Notes: generated by a model not told the origin, from the sequence alone. A DNA stretch of 64,000 bases from Paraspadella gotoi (GCA_051294375.1 CM119263.1:24842688-24906687); one strand, 5' to 3'. Counted from the first letter of the stretch, positions 42,905 to 56,740 are shown. A program made the numbers and translations.

Positions 42905-43435
42905 CTTTTCCTCTTCTTCTTCTTCTTCATCGTTATCCTCGTGTTCCTCAACTTTCTTCTCATTCTCCTTTCATTTTTCCTCTTCTTCTTTCTCATCGTT
43001 ATCCTCATGTTCCTTCTCATTCTCCTTTCTTTTTTCCTATTCTTCTTCTTCTTCATCGTTATCCTTATGTTCCTCAACTTTCTTCTCATTCTCCTTTCCT
43101 TTTTCCTCTTCTTCTTACTCATCGTTATCCTCGTGTTCCTCAACTTTCTTCTCATTCTCCTTTCCTTTTTCCTCTTCTTCTTTCTCATCGTTATCCTCAT
43201 GTTCCTTCTTATTCTCCTTTCTTTTTTCCTATTCTTCTTCTTCTTCATCGTTATCCTCATGTTCCTCAACATTCTTCTTATTCTCCTTTTCTTTTTCCTC
43301 TTCTTCTTCTTTATCGTTATCCTCATGTTACAAAACTTTCTTCTCATTCTCCTTTCCTTTTTCCCCTTCTTCTTTCTAATCGTTATCCTCGTGTTCCTCA
43401 ACTTTCTTCTCATTCTCCTTTCCTTTTTCCTCTTG
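42905..43435. repeat. Clean minisatellite of 66- and 60-bp units (~8 copies) with a 192-bp higher-order pattern
   Basis: Anchor cgttatcct starts at 42931, 42997, 43057, 43123, 43189, 43249, 43315 and 43381 (spacing 66,60,66,66,60,66,66). Confidence 0.92.
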
Positions 43436-43984
43436 GTTGCTTCGCTCCTCTTCTCATCTACATTTTAAACATTATTTAATAACATTTTGGTTTATCCATA
43501 TCCTGCATGTCAATTACGGAATCCTAATGTGTGCTTTTATTAAAATCTCGGTTGAGATAACGTAACGAACAAAACAACAAAAACATAAAACCCATTTAAA
43601 TAATAATAGTTGACCAGGGAAAATGTAAGTCGCTGTAACAAAATAACAGTATTTACTGGACGCGCGTTTCCCGTTTATTTTCGCCCCCTGTATTCCAACC
43701 CTTTATCTTCGCCCCCTAGAGTCCAACATTTTACCTTTGCCCCCAGGATTCGTCTGCCTCGTCATCGCCCTCGAGAGAGCCCTATGTACTAAATTCCCTC
43801 GCGAGACGGCTTCTCATTTACAAAATTTTTTTATACCAAATGGCTTAAAATATAACTGTAAAAATATAGAATAAAACAATAGAGCAATGAAAATAATATA
43901 AATTTTAAAAAAGCAAATAATTATTCTTAATTTTAGCAGAAAAGTGAAAAGTAGGATAAAGTAAAATGTGGAAATCAAAAAAAA

Positions 43985-44201
43985 ACCACCCAGGTTCAGC
44001 CTTCTACAAGTCTCCTCGCCCTCTTTATCACCTTTTTCCTTCCTTTCATCTCTCATTTGCATATCTCCTCGCCAACTCAAACTCCGTTTCGCGACTTTGC
44101 CAACCATTTTTTTTCCTACTTTATTATTTTTATTTCGTTCCAGAAAAAAAGCTCTCTTCTCTCTCTCCTCTACTCTCTCCTCTCTCCTCTGCTCTCTCTC
44201 T

Positions 44202-44237
<36 letters not shown>

Positions 44238-46819
44238 CTCCCTCTTTTCTATCTCTCAACTTCACTGAAATGCACGAACCTCGTTTCTTCCCTCGTCATT
44301 CAATCAGTAATGACACATTTTAATCCTTATCTTCATTTTCCTCTTGTCTTTTTTTTTTTTTTGAATTTCCACGATTTTAACTTTATCCTACTTTTCACTT
44401 TTCTGCTAAAATTAAGAATAATTGATTTGCTTTTTTAAAATTTATATTATTTTCATGCTCTATTTGTTTATTCTATAATTTACAGTTATATTTTAAGCCC
44501 TCCATTTGGTATAAAAAATTTTGGTTAAATGAGCAAAGCCGTCTCGCCGAGGAATTTAGAAGTACATAGGGCTCTCTCAAGAGGGCGTGACGAGGCAGAC
44601 GAATCCTGGGGCAAAGGGTTAAATGTTGGGACTCTAGGGGCGAAGGAGATAAGGTGTTGGAATACATGGGCGGCGAAAATTAAACGGGAAAACGGCGCCG
44701 GTCCAGTAAATTACCTGTTATTTGTACAGCGAACTTACATTTCCACTGGTCAACTATATATATAAATGGGTTTTATGTTTGTCTGTTTGTTGTTACCGTA
44801 TCTCAACCGCAAGTAGTATTTTAATAAATAAGCACAACATTATAGGATTCATCGTAACTTATGGACATGCAGAGATATCGGAGATAACCAAAAACATGTA
44901 GTTACAATAATGTTAAAATTAACCGTGGAACAGAAGAGAGCGCAAAGCAACAAGAGGAAAAAGGAAAGGAGAATGAGAAGAAAGGATTGGCCACACAGTA
45001 ACATGAGTATGAAACGGATGCACCAAGTAAGAAGAAGAGGAAAAAACGGGAAGGAAGCCCGAATGAGAAGAAGAAGATTTATCGATTATAGCTGACCGGC
45101 GAGAGATTAGTGTCTAAGCAACCACAAACAGAGCTGTATAACCTGCTCGGGTAATGCAGAAGAGAATGAAAAGGGAAGAAAAGAAAAGCTAGAGAGATGA
45201 GAAGAAAGTTGAGGAACATACAGAGCGACGATAACGATGAAGAAGCATAGGAAGAAAGAAGGAAAAGAAAAATAAGTGAGAATGAGAAGACAGTTGAAGG
45301 ACTATGAGGATAAGATGAGAAGAAGAAGAAGGAAAAAGAAAGGAGAATGAGTGAACGACATGTGAGGAACATGAGGATAACCGATGAGAAGAAGAAAGAA
45401 TAGCGAAAAAGAAAGTGGCGTGGAACAACTCGCAGAAGGAACGATGAGGACGAGGAGGGAAAAAAAGGAAAAGGAGGAATGATAAGAAAGTTGAGGAAAC
45501 GCATGAGACGATAACGAGTTAGAAAGGCAACAAAGAAGGGAGAAAAAGGAAAAGACGAGAAGAACCAGCGCATGAGAAGTATGAAAGTCTTAACATGAGA
45601 GATAACGATAATGTGAGAAGAGAGGGGAAAAAGAAAAGAGAGAATTAAGAGAATGTGAGTGAACATGAGCGATAACGATGAAGAAGAAGGCGTAAGAATA
45701 GGAAAACAGAAAGGAGAATAGAAGGCAACATGAGCGATGAACGATGAGAAAGAAGAAAAGGAAAAAAGGACAAGCCAGAAATAAGAAAGTGAGGAACACT
45801 CGATGCATACCCGCGATGCGGCGATAATGATGAGCATGTAGACAAAGACCATAGAGGGAAAAGGAAAGCGAGAATGAGAGAGACAAGTGAGGAACATAAG
45901 GAGAATAACGGCCTATGCAAGAAGAAAAGAATAGGAAAAAAAAAGGAGAATGAGAAGGGAACATGAGGATAACGAATGAGAAAGAAGAGAGGAAAAAGGA
46001 AAAAAGAAATGAAGAAGAAAGTGAGAACACGAGCGGATTAACGATGAAGAAGAAAAGAAGAGGAAAAGTATGAAGAGTTAAAAGACGAAGTGAAAAGCAA
46101 AGAACTGTGGAAAGCCTGAAGATACGAATTTCGATACTTCTCGACCGTAAAATATAACTCTGAGGTGTAACGATAAGTTCGGCCGGCGTGGCAAACCCCC
46201 TTCGTGCGCCAGAAAACGGGAAGCGCTTTCGTCCATCCGTCTTAGTCGTTGTGTTATTTTTATTACTGTTGTTAATGGAGATTCTTTGCTAATCGTTTTT
46301 TTAGGAAAAAAAAAGTGAAGTCGTTATCCCTCATTTTATATTTTTTATACACGCAAATTTTAACATAAAACGCAATCAAGGCATGAACCAAGCTGACATA
46401 GGTTTGTTTCTCCATTCCATTAATTATTTCAACAACAACTCCCGAAGAAAATTACTTGTTTGTCAAGATTTTTTTTCGAAAATAATATTTTTTTTTCTTT
46501 TTTGATTCCATTTAATTTTTTTTAAAGCCAATGAAAAACTTAGATTCGTCAGCCATTTTTCAATATCGACTTCGGCTCAGAGCGCAGAGACGTCGACCAC
46601 GTCTGCCAGATTCAATTTTGAAGCGAAAAATGAAAATTTTTGCTGACGAAAAAAATCACAATTTTTTTTCCTTCTTTCGATTCGTCGAGAAGAGAAAAAC
46701 TCATTTTCAAATTACAAGGAATCCATTTCTCCTCCAATTATCCCAGCCATTCCCCCGTTCGAACAATTGTCATTTGCGTCATATAGCGTTTCTCTCTCTC
46801 TCTCTCTTCTCTCTCTCTC

Positions 46820-46851
<32 letters not shown>

Positions 46852-46852
46852 G

Positions 46853-46883
<31 letters not shown>

Positions 46884-47783
46884 ATTCTCCGTCTCTTTCT
46901 CACTGTTCATTTCACTCTCACTTCTCTATCCACTATCTGTCGCTTTCTCCAGCTTTCCTTTGCCTCACCTTTCACCAACGAACCCTAAAGTGATTCGATT
47001 GATTCCTCACGCGAAGCATTCAATCTCGCCTCTAGTCGAGAGGAAGGCCAGTCGCTCTCCTCTACTCACTTCTCTCTCTCTCGTTTTTCCTCTCTTCACT
47101 TTCTCTCTCTCTCTCTCACTCTCTCACTTCTCTCTCTCTCTCTTCTCGTTCTCTCATCACTTTCTCTGTAAACTGGAAGATTCGACAGACGGTTTCGCGC
47201 GACTCACTTCGATAATCGAGCAATTTGTCACTCACCAAATAATTTTTTTTGCTTAAATGTACGAGTCAAACTTACATAATTTTGTTTTTCATAACACCTT
47301 ATTTTACTAAGAAAAAGTAGATAATCGAACTCTCTATATTTACGCTAAAAATTGATCAATGGGCAAAACTTAGGGATGAACCAATTTGATTATAATTCTG
47401 TGAGATTGAAACGTATTGAACATCTTGAAAAACGCCTTGAATTCTTATGTGCAGCCAAACAAAACACTTCTGTTCCTATAAATTTCTCTTTCTATTCTCA
47501 TTATTATAAGTTTTTGTGTTTATTCTCATTCCTTACAATTTTTGTTTCCTATCCTCATTCTAGTAATTTTTGTTTCTATCTCATATATTATTCTATTCTT
47601 TATTTTTTAATCTCTCTTCCACTATAAAATTTACTCTCCGCGCACAACCTTCCTACCATCTCTCACCAATCCCTTCCGCTTAAGCCACCGAGGCAAATTA
47701 GTTCGCAAATTGTCATTTTGAATTTGAAAAGGTTATTCTTATGTTCTTAGGGGCGTGTACACTTTCTCGCCTCTCGCTGCGTG

Positions 47784-47841
<58 letters not shown>

Positions 47842-47962
47842 TTTTCTCGTTTTGGAAAAGGGAACCAGACGTAATAAAAACAAGGCGGTGTTTTTAAAGA
47901 GGGAAGAAAAAAAGTTTACGGACATTCGTTTGGCTTATTTTTCACTTACAAAATCTCTCTCT

Positions 47963-48022
<60 letters not shown>

Positions 48023-48235
48023 GAATAGTACCCCCGCCTTACTACACGCCTTTACTTAGTTTTTTATTCCCCAAAAACATGCAACTCAATTTTCAGTTAA
48101 GAAAAAAATGAGTCGAACTGAATTGAAAATTATTGAGGTGAAGGTGAGCGAGAATTACCACCGCGGGAATTCTACTCAACTTGAAGCCGGCGTTTGTTTT
48201 AGCTTAAGTGGAGGTAATAATAGATCAGAGTTTTG

Positions 48236-48266
<31 letters not shown>

Positions 48267-48274
48267 CGAGAGAG

Positions 48275-48306
<32 letters not shown>

Positions 48307-49884
48307 TAGAAAAGAACCTACTTTGTATAGTCTGTGTTCTTTATACGTTAGCGTTTATAATTATTTTTTACGTTAATCGGCCCAGTGTTTATTTAAAATA
48401 TTGCCTATGAATTTGTAAATAATACTCATTTTTAAAATACCAAATATATGCATTCTAGTATTTGTTCGTCACTCGGCTTGAGATTTTAAAAACTATATTT
48501 CCTTGATAATTCTTATTATATATATAAATATATATTCTTTTGCGCTTACTTGGAAAAAGGGCTTAAAGAGCTATGACAAAAAATAATGTCAAAGTTCCGA
48601 GTTTCCTGTTAACAAAAAAAAAGAGAGTTAATAAGAGAGTAAAAGTGAATATCCTCGTTTTCGCTTTCGTCGCCAGATATCCTTTCGGCGCAGGTAATCC
48701 AAAAAAGTAATTTTTTTCGGCGGGAAGTTTGGGGAAATTCGGCGGCCACTCTCTAATCTTAATCGGCTCGGGTCGGATAATCGAAGGAGACGGAAACAGA
48801 AGGAAAGTCTTTGGGTTTTTCGAGGGTCGGGTATTTCAGAGGAAGGTCGGGTCTGCGGAGGGCCGGGGAGGGGTCGGATGGCGGGGACCCAAATGGACTG
48901 GCGGACTCGATGGACGACTTAAAAAAAAGAGCGGACATCTGTGGAGGAAAAAAGAGGAGACGATTCCGGGTTAGAAGAATAAGTATACGGTAGATAGTTA
49001 ATTTATTGTCAAATCACTTCTCAAAAAAAATGGGTGAAAAATAAAGATAACGGAAAATTAGTATTGTTCATCGTTAATTTTTGTCAATATTGATGTCAAT
49101 ACTTTGTATTCTTGATCTTTTTCTTCGATATTTTACTTTCTCCTTTTCTTAAAGTCTACTTTTTGCTGTTTATCCTTTCTTTTTCCGGTTTCTTATTTTC
49201 TTATTCTTCTTTTTCCTTAGCTCTTGTCTCTTCGTCTTCTCTCTTTACCTCATGTTTCTTTTCTTTTCCCATATATTCTCTCTTTCATAATTTTCTCTCT
49301 TGCCCTTTCATTATTCTTCTTTTGTTTTCCTCTTCTTTTTTGTTTTGTTCTCTCTTCTCCTTCATATTTCTCTTTCTAGTTTCTCTATTTTATCCCTTTC
49401 CTCATGCCCTCTTTCGCTTTCTCTTTCCTACCTCCTTCTCCTCTTCCTCCTCTCCTCTTTTCATTTTCCATCCCAAAGCCGGGAGTTCGATCGAAGATTC
49501 ACTGCGACCGACTTTTAATTCAAATTAATATGAGGTCGATGCCCAAAACCGAATAGAAGAGCCCACGCCATCGCCAACTTAGATTCTCGATCGCTCTTTC
49601 TCTCTCTCTCTCTCTCGTCTCTCTCTCTCTCTCTTCTCTCTCTCCTCTGCTCTCTACTCTCTTCTCTCTCTCTCTCTCTCTCATCTCTCAAAAGTTTCGA
49701 AGATTATGGTGTCGAAAACCGGAAAAAAGTTCTTCGACTTTTGAAAAGAAAATTTGCATAAAAAGAGGAAAAGTGGGATAAAAAAAACCCCGAACACGAA
49801 ATCGCCACGTTTTTCAGAAATTCGGCAAAGAGGCTTCTTCGATACTGAATTAAATGTATTATTATTATTATTATTAAATTATTA

Positions 49885-49915
<31 letters not shown>

Positions 49916-51871
49916 ATTATTATTATTATTATTATTAATTAAAATCGCAAGAGCTTTCCTTCGGATTTCTGAATTTAACTATTCAATTCGCTGGACTACA
50001 TTTCTGTGGTCATGGTTGACAGTTGGACCAAAACGACCGTCGGGCATGCGGTTGTTGACGCCTCTTTTATAAAAATATTAAAGAAAAGAAATATTAGCGA
50101 GCCAAATAGGGGGGAAAAATAAAACCGCTACTTAAGCTGCTGGACGAAAGACTTGGCCAATCGAATCCGCGGTTTGTAATTTAACTATAACCAGGCAGGT
50201 TAGCCAGCGGGCTCCGCTAGCTGGGCTTTCGAATAGCGCGTAATAGCCTTCCGGGCTTCACGCGGAAATCGTCGAATTTTTCTTGGTTTTAAATAAAAGG
50301 CGCGCGGTCTTATCGGGACTGGTGGCTAACATTCTTCGTCGCCGCTGCTAGCCGCCGCGGACACGAGACGAGGCAACGTGGGCGTGCGGACGATCGAAGC
50401 AGTCGATCCGAGCTTCCAGACATTCACGATCATCCCGAAGTCATTTCATTAAAAAGTATGGAAAGGCCTATGCCTCACGGCGATGGCAGAGAGTGGAGAC
50501 CTTCGTAGTTAAAGGATATTTTGAAATTCGCGAAAATGCCCAAACAAACATATGGTTTTGGGCGTTCTTAACAAGAAACATTAACTTGATTTTTTTTGTG
50601 GGATTCTTATCCACTTAAGAGAAAGTCGAGCTCACGGTTCAAGCGATCACGAAATCTGACGATGTAAGACGTGACCGCGTATACACGCCTTTTCAAAAAC
50701 TTTCACATTTCATTGCCGTTGCACCAGTCATTCGAGACCGATCCGCGCAGCGTTAGTTTAGTTAAATCATGATTATTCGCAGTCCGTTCCGCGCATGTTA
50801 GAAAATTGTCCCTGTTATTGTTTGCCCGCGCGGAGTGCCGCTTCCGAAGTTTGAAGTTGAGACAGAAAGGAGAGGAATAAGTTTGCACGCCGCCGCGATA
50901 GCCTGTTTTTTCCCGAAACCCCAAACCCGTTATTGCACAGCAGCCTACCACGGCGTCGAAGAAATGGCTGGAAGAGCGTCGCCCGACATTTGCCGTATCG
51001 CCTTATCCGCACGGAGAAATCCTGTCAAGTCAAAATTAGTGCTCCGCCGTCGATTGAACACAGGCGTCCCTGTACGCGTCGTCCAAATGCAGTCTCTGAC
51101 AGTTCGTCAAGCTGCTACTGCGTTCTGGGATTAAAGTGGGGAATGAGAGAGCGAAGTTATGAGCATTGGAGGAAAGGAGGATAGAGTTAGAGGCCGAGGA
51201 ACTAAGAATCAAAAGGAGGAAAGGAATAAGTGAAAAGCAAAAACTGCGGCCGTCATGATGAGCGTTGCCTACGAGGAGCGCCTGAAGCGCAGCCGCCGCG
51301 AGAGTGCCGCTTGTAAGCACGCCGCCTTGAGCAACGACGCATCGAGGAGCCGCCGCCGAGAGGTTCCGTCGGAACGAAGAAGCATGAACCACAGCGATCC
51401 GGTTTTAACGAAGATGTCAGCCCGCTCGACAACGCTGTGTCAACCAAAGACAATAATATCCGCGGTAAGGCGAGTCTCGAACAGAAAAGGATAACCGAGG
51501 GAGAAGCTTCGAGGTCGAAGGTTTTTTCTTACGTTTTCAGAGATTGCGGGAGAAAAATGGATCGAGTACTCGCCGCCGCGCCGATAGTAACGCGCGCCGG
51601 AGGTACCGGCCGCCGCTACATGCGTTATGCCGCGCTGAAACCCATACCGCATTCAGTTCCGCCGCCCGTACAGCCGTTTCGTCCGTGATCCCGTTAAAGC
51701 GAGTGAGCCGCCGCTCTGCCCGCCGCCGCCGCCGCCGCCGTCCTGAGTCACCAGAAAAAGCTGGGCTGAGTCACATGTCAACACCGTTATCAGAATACCG
51801 TTCGCGTTATCGGATTATCACCGCCGTGTGAGATCTCTCTCGTTTGCGCGAAGCCCTACCTTCTAGGCCCT
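43985..51871 (+). repeat. Inverted copy of ~12860-17175 continuing into spacer B and the ORF 5' part
   Basis: ORFs mirror those at 13140-16703 with identical translations (44473-44667 minus = 16509-16703 plus); the distal part equals 25822-29915. Confidence 0.92.
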
Positions 51872-54209
51872 NNNNNNNNNNNNNNNNNNNNNNNNNGGGG
51901 GGGTGAAGTGAAACTCCTGGCCATCGTGAATGTAAGATGAAGGGACGGGGAATGAACAATGTTAATGATAAAAGCTGTAATTATATGAGCGAGTTAGAAT
52001 TAAAATGAGTTAAAAGATCAGCCTCGATTGACGAACTTTTGGTGATAAAATAGTTTCGAAAATTAAAAAAAAAAATCTCTTTTGCAAATCATAACTCAGA
52101 TTTACAATTTGGATTGGCGATGAAGCTGAAAAATTATTATGAAATGTAAATCCCGACAAAAATGATTTTTAGAGGATGTGTTTTAAGCCGTAAAAGTGAG
52201 GTAAAAATAGTAGTAGCAGTAGTTAAATACCTTTAGGATTGACAAGGAAAAGTTTTAACTTTCAAAGAAATTCCATTCTAAAGTGAGGAGCGACCGAGAG
52301 AGGACGCCACCGGTCGCTCGAGAAGGTAAGTTTACCGAAGCAGATGGAACGGAAAACGATGGGAATGAAGGACGATGTTTATTTCTCTACTTTAGGTTGA
52401 AAAAGGGAAGAACAATTTCCGTCTTAACAATCGATGCTGAGGTGATTTGGCACGGAAGAAGTTCTTTGCCAAGAGAGGGAAAGATTTCAGATTGAGTAAT
52501 AAAAGATATTACAGTAGCGCGATTAACGTGATTAACGTTCATATCGTTTACGTATTAATTAATTAATTTTATTTAATAAACTATTTTTATTATGTTTTCG
52601 TTTGCTCAGGCTTAGTCTTTGTTTGTTGGTGATTATTGTACTCGAATATCTTGTTGTATTCGAATAAAATCGCATATATTATCAGATAACTCGGGAAAGG
52701 GATATACAATTTTATACATTATACTGCTAAGTTAATTAGTTTAACATATTAGGCTGAGCTTTCGTAAAGATCGAGGCCAGGGCGAGTTCTTCGCTGTGGA
52801 AGGCAAAGATTTCTGACATTGCGATAAATCTGACAATACGATAAAAGATAAAAGAAAAGAAGCTTAGCAACTAAGTTAGTAGGTTCTATTATTCGGTCCT
52901 AACTCCCTGACTATTTCGATTGTAAATGTCTCTAATAATTACTATTCCCATTCTCTCTCTCTCTCTCTCCCCCTTAGGAGGCAGGTGTTCGCGAAAAAGG
53001 CGAAAAAATGGCTGGGAGGACGGAGTCATCACTCACGGGTAAATAAGGCGGAAATGCAGAAGGAGGAGTTTTGGCAGCTTTGAAATTTATTCCCAAGAAA
53101 GACCTCGCGCTGAGCTAGGAAAATCCAGTTCGGGAAGCGAGACGGAGTTAGAAGAAGGGAGAGAGGGAGAGAGGGAATGTGAAAGAGAGCGCGAGACACA
53201 GGAACGTATTGTGAAGGTCTCACGAGAATTCTTTATTTTTACGAGAGACCTCATGTCCCACTTTACTATCGATTGTCTGTTTATCCCGAAACATTTAACG
53301 TTTAAAACTTTCAACTGTATTCGGCTAGAGTTTACAACGATTTACTTCATAATTTAAATAACTATTCGTCAGTTTTCAGTGCGGCCCCCTGTTTTGTAAA
53401 ACGGTTACAAGTTTTAAAATTTTCTTAATTTTTTTTTTAGTTTTTATTTTTTCTTTTTCAATTTTCTAAACTCATCCCAGTTTTCTTTAAAAAAAAAAAG
53501 AAAAAGTTTTTTCTGCCTCGACGGCTCGGTTATTTCCAAAGGCCTCGCGTCCTTCATGGATACCAAACATTTTTCTCCCTTTCGTTATCGTCGTCGTCGT
53601 CGTCGTCATCGTCGTCCTCGTCGTCGTCGTCGCCGTCCATATTTTTCTCGTTTTCTTTATCTTCTTGTTTTCTGTTTGTGTATCGACGTCTGTTTCTTTT
53701 CGGTTTTTATTTGTTGCTGTAAAAAAAAAAACAAAAAACGAAAAAACCCGGAATTCGTCGCTCGGAGGTCGGGGGACATTGAAGTGTTGTGGGCGAAAGA
53801 GTGGAGTCGGGATGTGGTGTGGGTGGAAGAGGGAAGTGGGAATGGGGTGTGGGAAGAAGGGGGTTGGGCGAAAGGGGGATACTATCGGTGATATGAAAAG
53901 AAATATAAAGTTAGGACTGAAAGGATGGAGTGAGTAGATTAGTGATAGAGAAGAGTAAAAGGTGCGAGGAAGATGTTAGAAGCTGAGAAAATTAAGAGAG
54001 AATAGAGAAGTGGAACAAAGGGGGAAAGGAGCGAAGAGGAAAGCAATGAGAGAATAGGAGCATGGAGAAACAGTAGCAGAATAGAGAGGAGAGGAGCAGA
54101 GGAAATAGGAGCGGGCCAAAGGTCTCGAAAGCGTCTCTCAAGTCTCGACTGGAGCGGCACGCGTCAATTGCGTCGGGTTAATTTTCTGGGAGAATTTCAC
54201 GAATCCCCA

Positions 54210-54246
<37 letters not shown>

Positions 54247-55339
54247 TGGCAGCAACGATGATAACGACGACTAATGGACGTTGCCACAACCTGGAAATCC
54301 TTTTCCGGTTTGAAGCGAAATGAGGTTTTCTCAAATGACGGCGAAAAAAAAAAGACGAAATGACGAGGAGAAATAAATGAAGACGAAGTCACAACAAGCA
54401 ACGAAAATGAAGTAAAAACATTTTTAAGCTAACAAAAGTGAAATAGTAAAAAGTGAAATAAATACAATCAATGAAAATAAAACGGTCGAGTTACTAAATA
54501 GTAAAACAAACAAACGACGTCAACGACGCAATCGCGATGACGTCGACGACGACGAAATAGGGATGACGACGACGATTAAAAAAAAAGAAATTCGAAGCGA
54601 GGACTGAGAAGCGATGCGCGCGATTCTCGGCCAAAGTTCATTTTTTACCGAAATAAAAAAAACCCCGCTTATCTCGAATCCCAGGGAAAGAAATTTCTTC
54701 CCACGCGAGATTCGTTTGCTAATCCTTTGCCTCTTTTTTCATTCTCACCCATCTCTCCCTCCTCCCGCTTTCACCCTCTCCTCCTTCTTCCCCCCCCCCC
54801 AACTTTTTCCCCAACTCCCTCTTCGCTCGTTTCTCACAACAAAAGTCCCGAAAAAAAAATTTCTCACTCGAGTCCTCGGGTTCCGATTCGATTGGGGAAA
54901 AAAAAGGAGTTTAATGGCATCAACAACATCCGATACCCATGACCGATTCTACTTATTTATTTTTCGCTTAATTCAAAAAAACACTTTTTACTCTTCCCCT
55001 TCTCTTTCTTTATTCCAGCTTTGCTTTTTTATTTCCCTTATTTTTCTCCCTTCTTTCCTAATTCCTACTCCCTTCCTCTCTTTCCTTCCTCCCATTCCTT
55101 CCTCCCTTCCTCCCTTAATACCTATCTTCTTCTCTTTCCTTTCCTTTCTTAGCAATCCCCCTCCATCGCTGTGTGCGCTTGTGCCTCTTCTTCCATTTAC
55201 ATTCAACTTCCCTCTCCTCAACTTACCTTCACTCCAACAACTTTGTCGCTTTCCCCTTTTCTCTCTACGTTCCTTCCCCTTCCACCCTTACCCTTCAATA
55301 CGTACCCCTTCCCTGTCACTCGAACGCCGCCCCCCCGCA

Positions 55340-55737
55340 TCAGCTGCTCTCCTCGTAGGAGAGACGGGCTCCCGAATCCGTTCTGCGTCGCTGCGCCGAC
55401 AGGATATCAGACTTCGATACTGCGGAGCGGCGCCGATTGCGCAGCGTCCGATGCTGCATTGGATGCGGCATCAGACGCGGCATCATCGACGGAAGGCGAG
55501 GACGGAGTTCCGACTCCAATTGATCCAGTTCCAACTGCGTCTTTCCATCAACACGATTGTCCTGTCATCAATCCATGTCAACCAAATATGGGGCGTCCAT
55601 TGGGGACAATAAAATGTGGGACATTTCTTCGAGGACAATGAAATATGGGTCAGTTTTTAAAGACTATGAATTATAGACGCCATTCATTGTGGCCAAAGAA
55701 ATCGGGGGCCTCCCATTGCATGAAGACAAGGGAATAC
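55340..55737 (-). CDS. WDR54: Probable last exon of the WDR54-like gene (frameshifted in this assembly; boundaries approximate)
   Basis: Allowing indels and comparing with the 20889-21310 copy gives (G)IPCL..MQW...G..NGRL, NGRPIFG, QLELDQL and IEVYIPVGAATQNGFGS..SYEESS. These follow the order of recalled WDR54 motifs GVPCP, GYGNGQVHLY, HARAICAL, GEDTFVHIWKL, CGARF and VTGYD. The acceptor reads tttcac rather than tttcag. Confidence 0.45.
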
Positions 55738-55787
55738 GTGAAATTGAACAAAAATGTATTTTTCTTTATCGAAAAGATTTTTAAAAC

Positions 55788-56143
55788 CATTTTAGTCAAT
55801 CGTTGTTCATCGTTTCAATTTCCTTTCGCCTGTCCGTCAAATATGCAAAGGTCCACCATCCGATCCATTGTAATGGCACGATCAAAATTCCGTCACTGTC
55901 CTCAAACGGTCGTCAAACGGAAGAAAATGTACATTGTACAAGCCGGCCGCCGCCATGTCGGCAATCGGCGAGAAAGTGATTTGCGCGTCGGCAATGAGCT
56001 GTTCCGCCTTTCATCTTTACTGTTTTCTCCTTCATTTGCGAATTTATGCGCTGATAACATTGTCGCCGCCGCCGCCGTCCCCGCAGCCGCGAACGGCGTC
56101 TTTGCTACCGAAGACGACTGGGCCGGCGAAGACTTTCTTTCGT
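55788..56143 (-). CDS. WDR54: Internal exon of the WDR54-like gene (frameshifted in this assembly)
   Basis: Acceptor gacgtag|AC follows a (CT)n tract and is phase-compatible with the upstream exon (G|AC = Asp); donor AAAATG|gt. Peptides KVFA, SSVAKTPFAAAGT, EQLIADAQITFSPIADMAA and ITMD...DLCIFDG resemble recalled WDR54 VFARGIA..ICVGT, EELAGHQMPITDIA and VTADDSGLLCVW. Confidence 0.55.
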
Positions 56144-56171
56144 CTACGTCATTGAGATAAGTGAATACTCG

Positions 56172-56174
<3 letters not shown>

Positions 56175-56255
<81 letters not shown>
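56175..56255. repeat. (GA)n microsatellite forming the minus-strand pyrimidine tract of the exon acceptor
   Basis: Pure gagaga run of ~80 bp. Confidence 0.95.
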
Positions 56256-56259
<4 letters not shown>

Positions 56260-56740
56260 TGAGACGGAGTCTCTTTTCCTCCGAGTATTTGCATATTGTC
56301 GTCATCTCAATAGCACGACGACGCCGGTCCACATCTCGGGATGGAATGGAAGATGGGGCCGACTCCAACCGGCGTCACGTCGTAAGAAGAAAAAAAATTG
56401 AGAAAAAATATAAAAAATATATATAATAGCGCATTAGCGCGTCGGGGGATGGCGCTCGTATGACCGAAGAATCTATAACCCCGGCTCCCGCGACCGGCAA
56501 GTCTCTCGCCCGGTTTTAAAAACGCCCGACCAGGCCCTCGCCCGACCAGGCCCTCCCTTTTTCCTTCGCTCCTGAGAATACGGTTTTTTTTTCATTTACT
56601 TTCGAAAATTAGCCACGATTTTTAACCAAGAGGGAAAAATGTTTTAGAAAAAAAGTGAATAAAAATAAGTTTTCTTTATTTTTTTCACTCGAGTCTACGA
56701 TTATCCTTAACGGGGTCTAGATGATGAGGCAAGGCGAGGC

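Noticed and set aside
42905-43435. CRISPR-like array (period 60-66 bp)
   Set aside because: The whole unit repeats with no unique spacers; no cas genes; eukaryotic context.
55900-55990. BIR-domain-like SPIADMAAAGLY motif
   Set aside because: The CxxC...H...C zinc ligands are not found at BIR spacing, and the flanking peptides fit WDR54 better.
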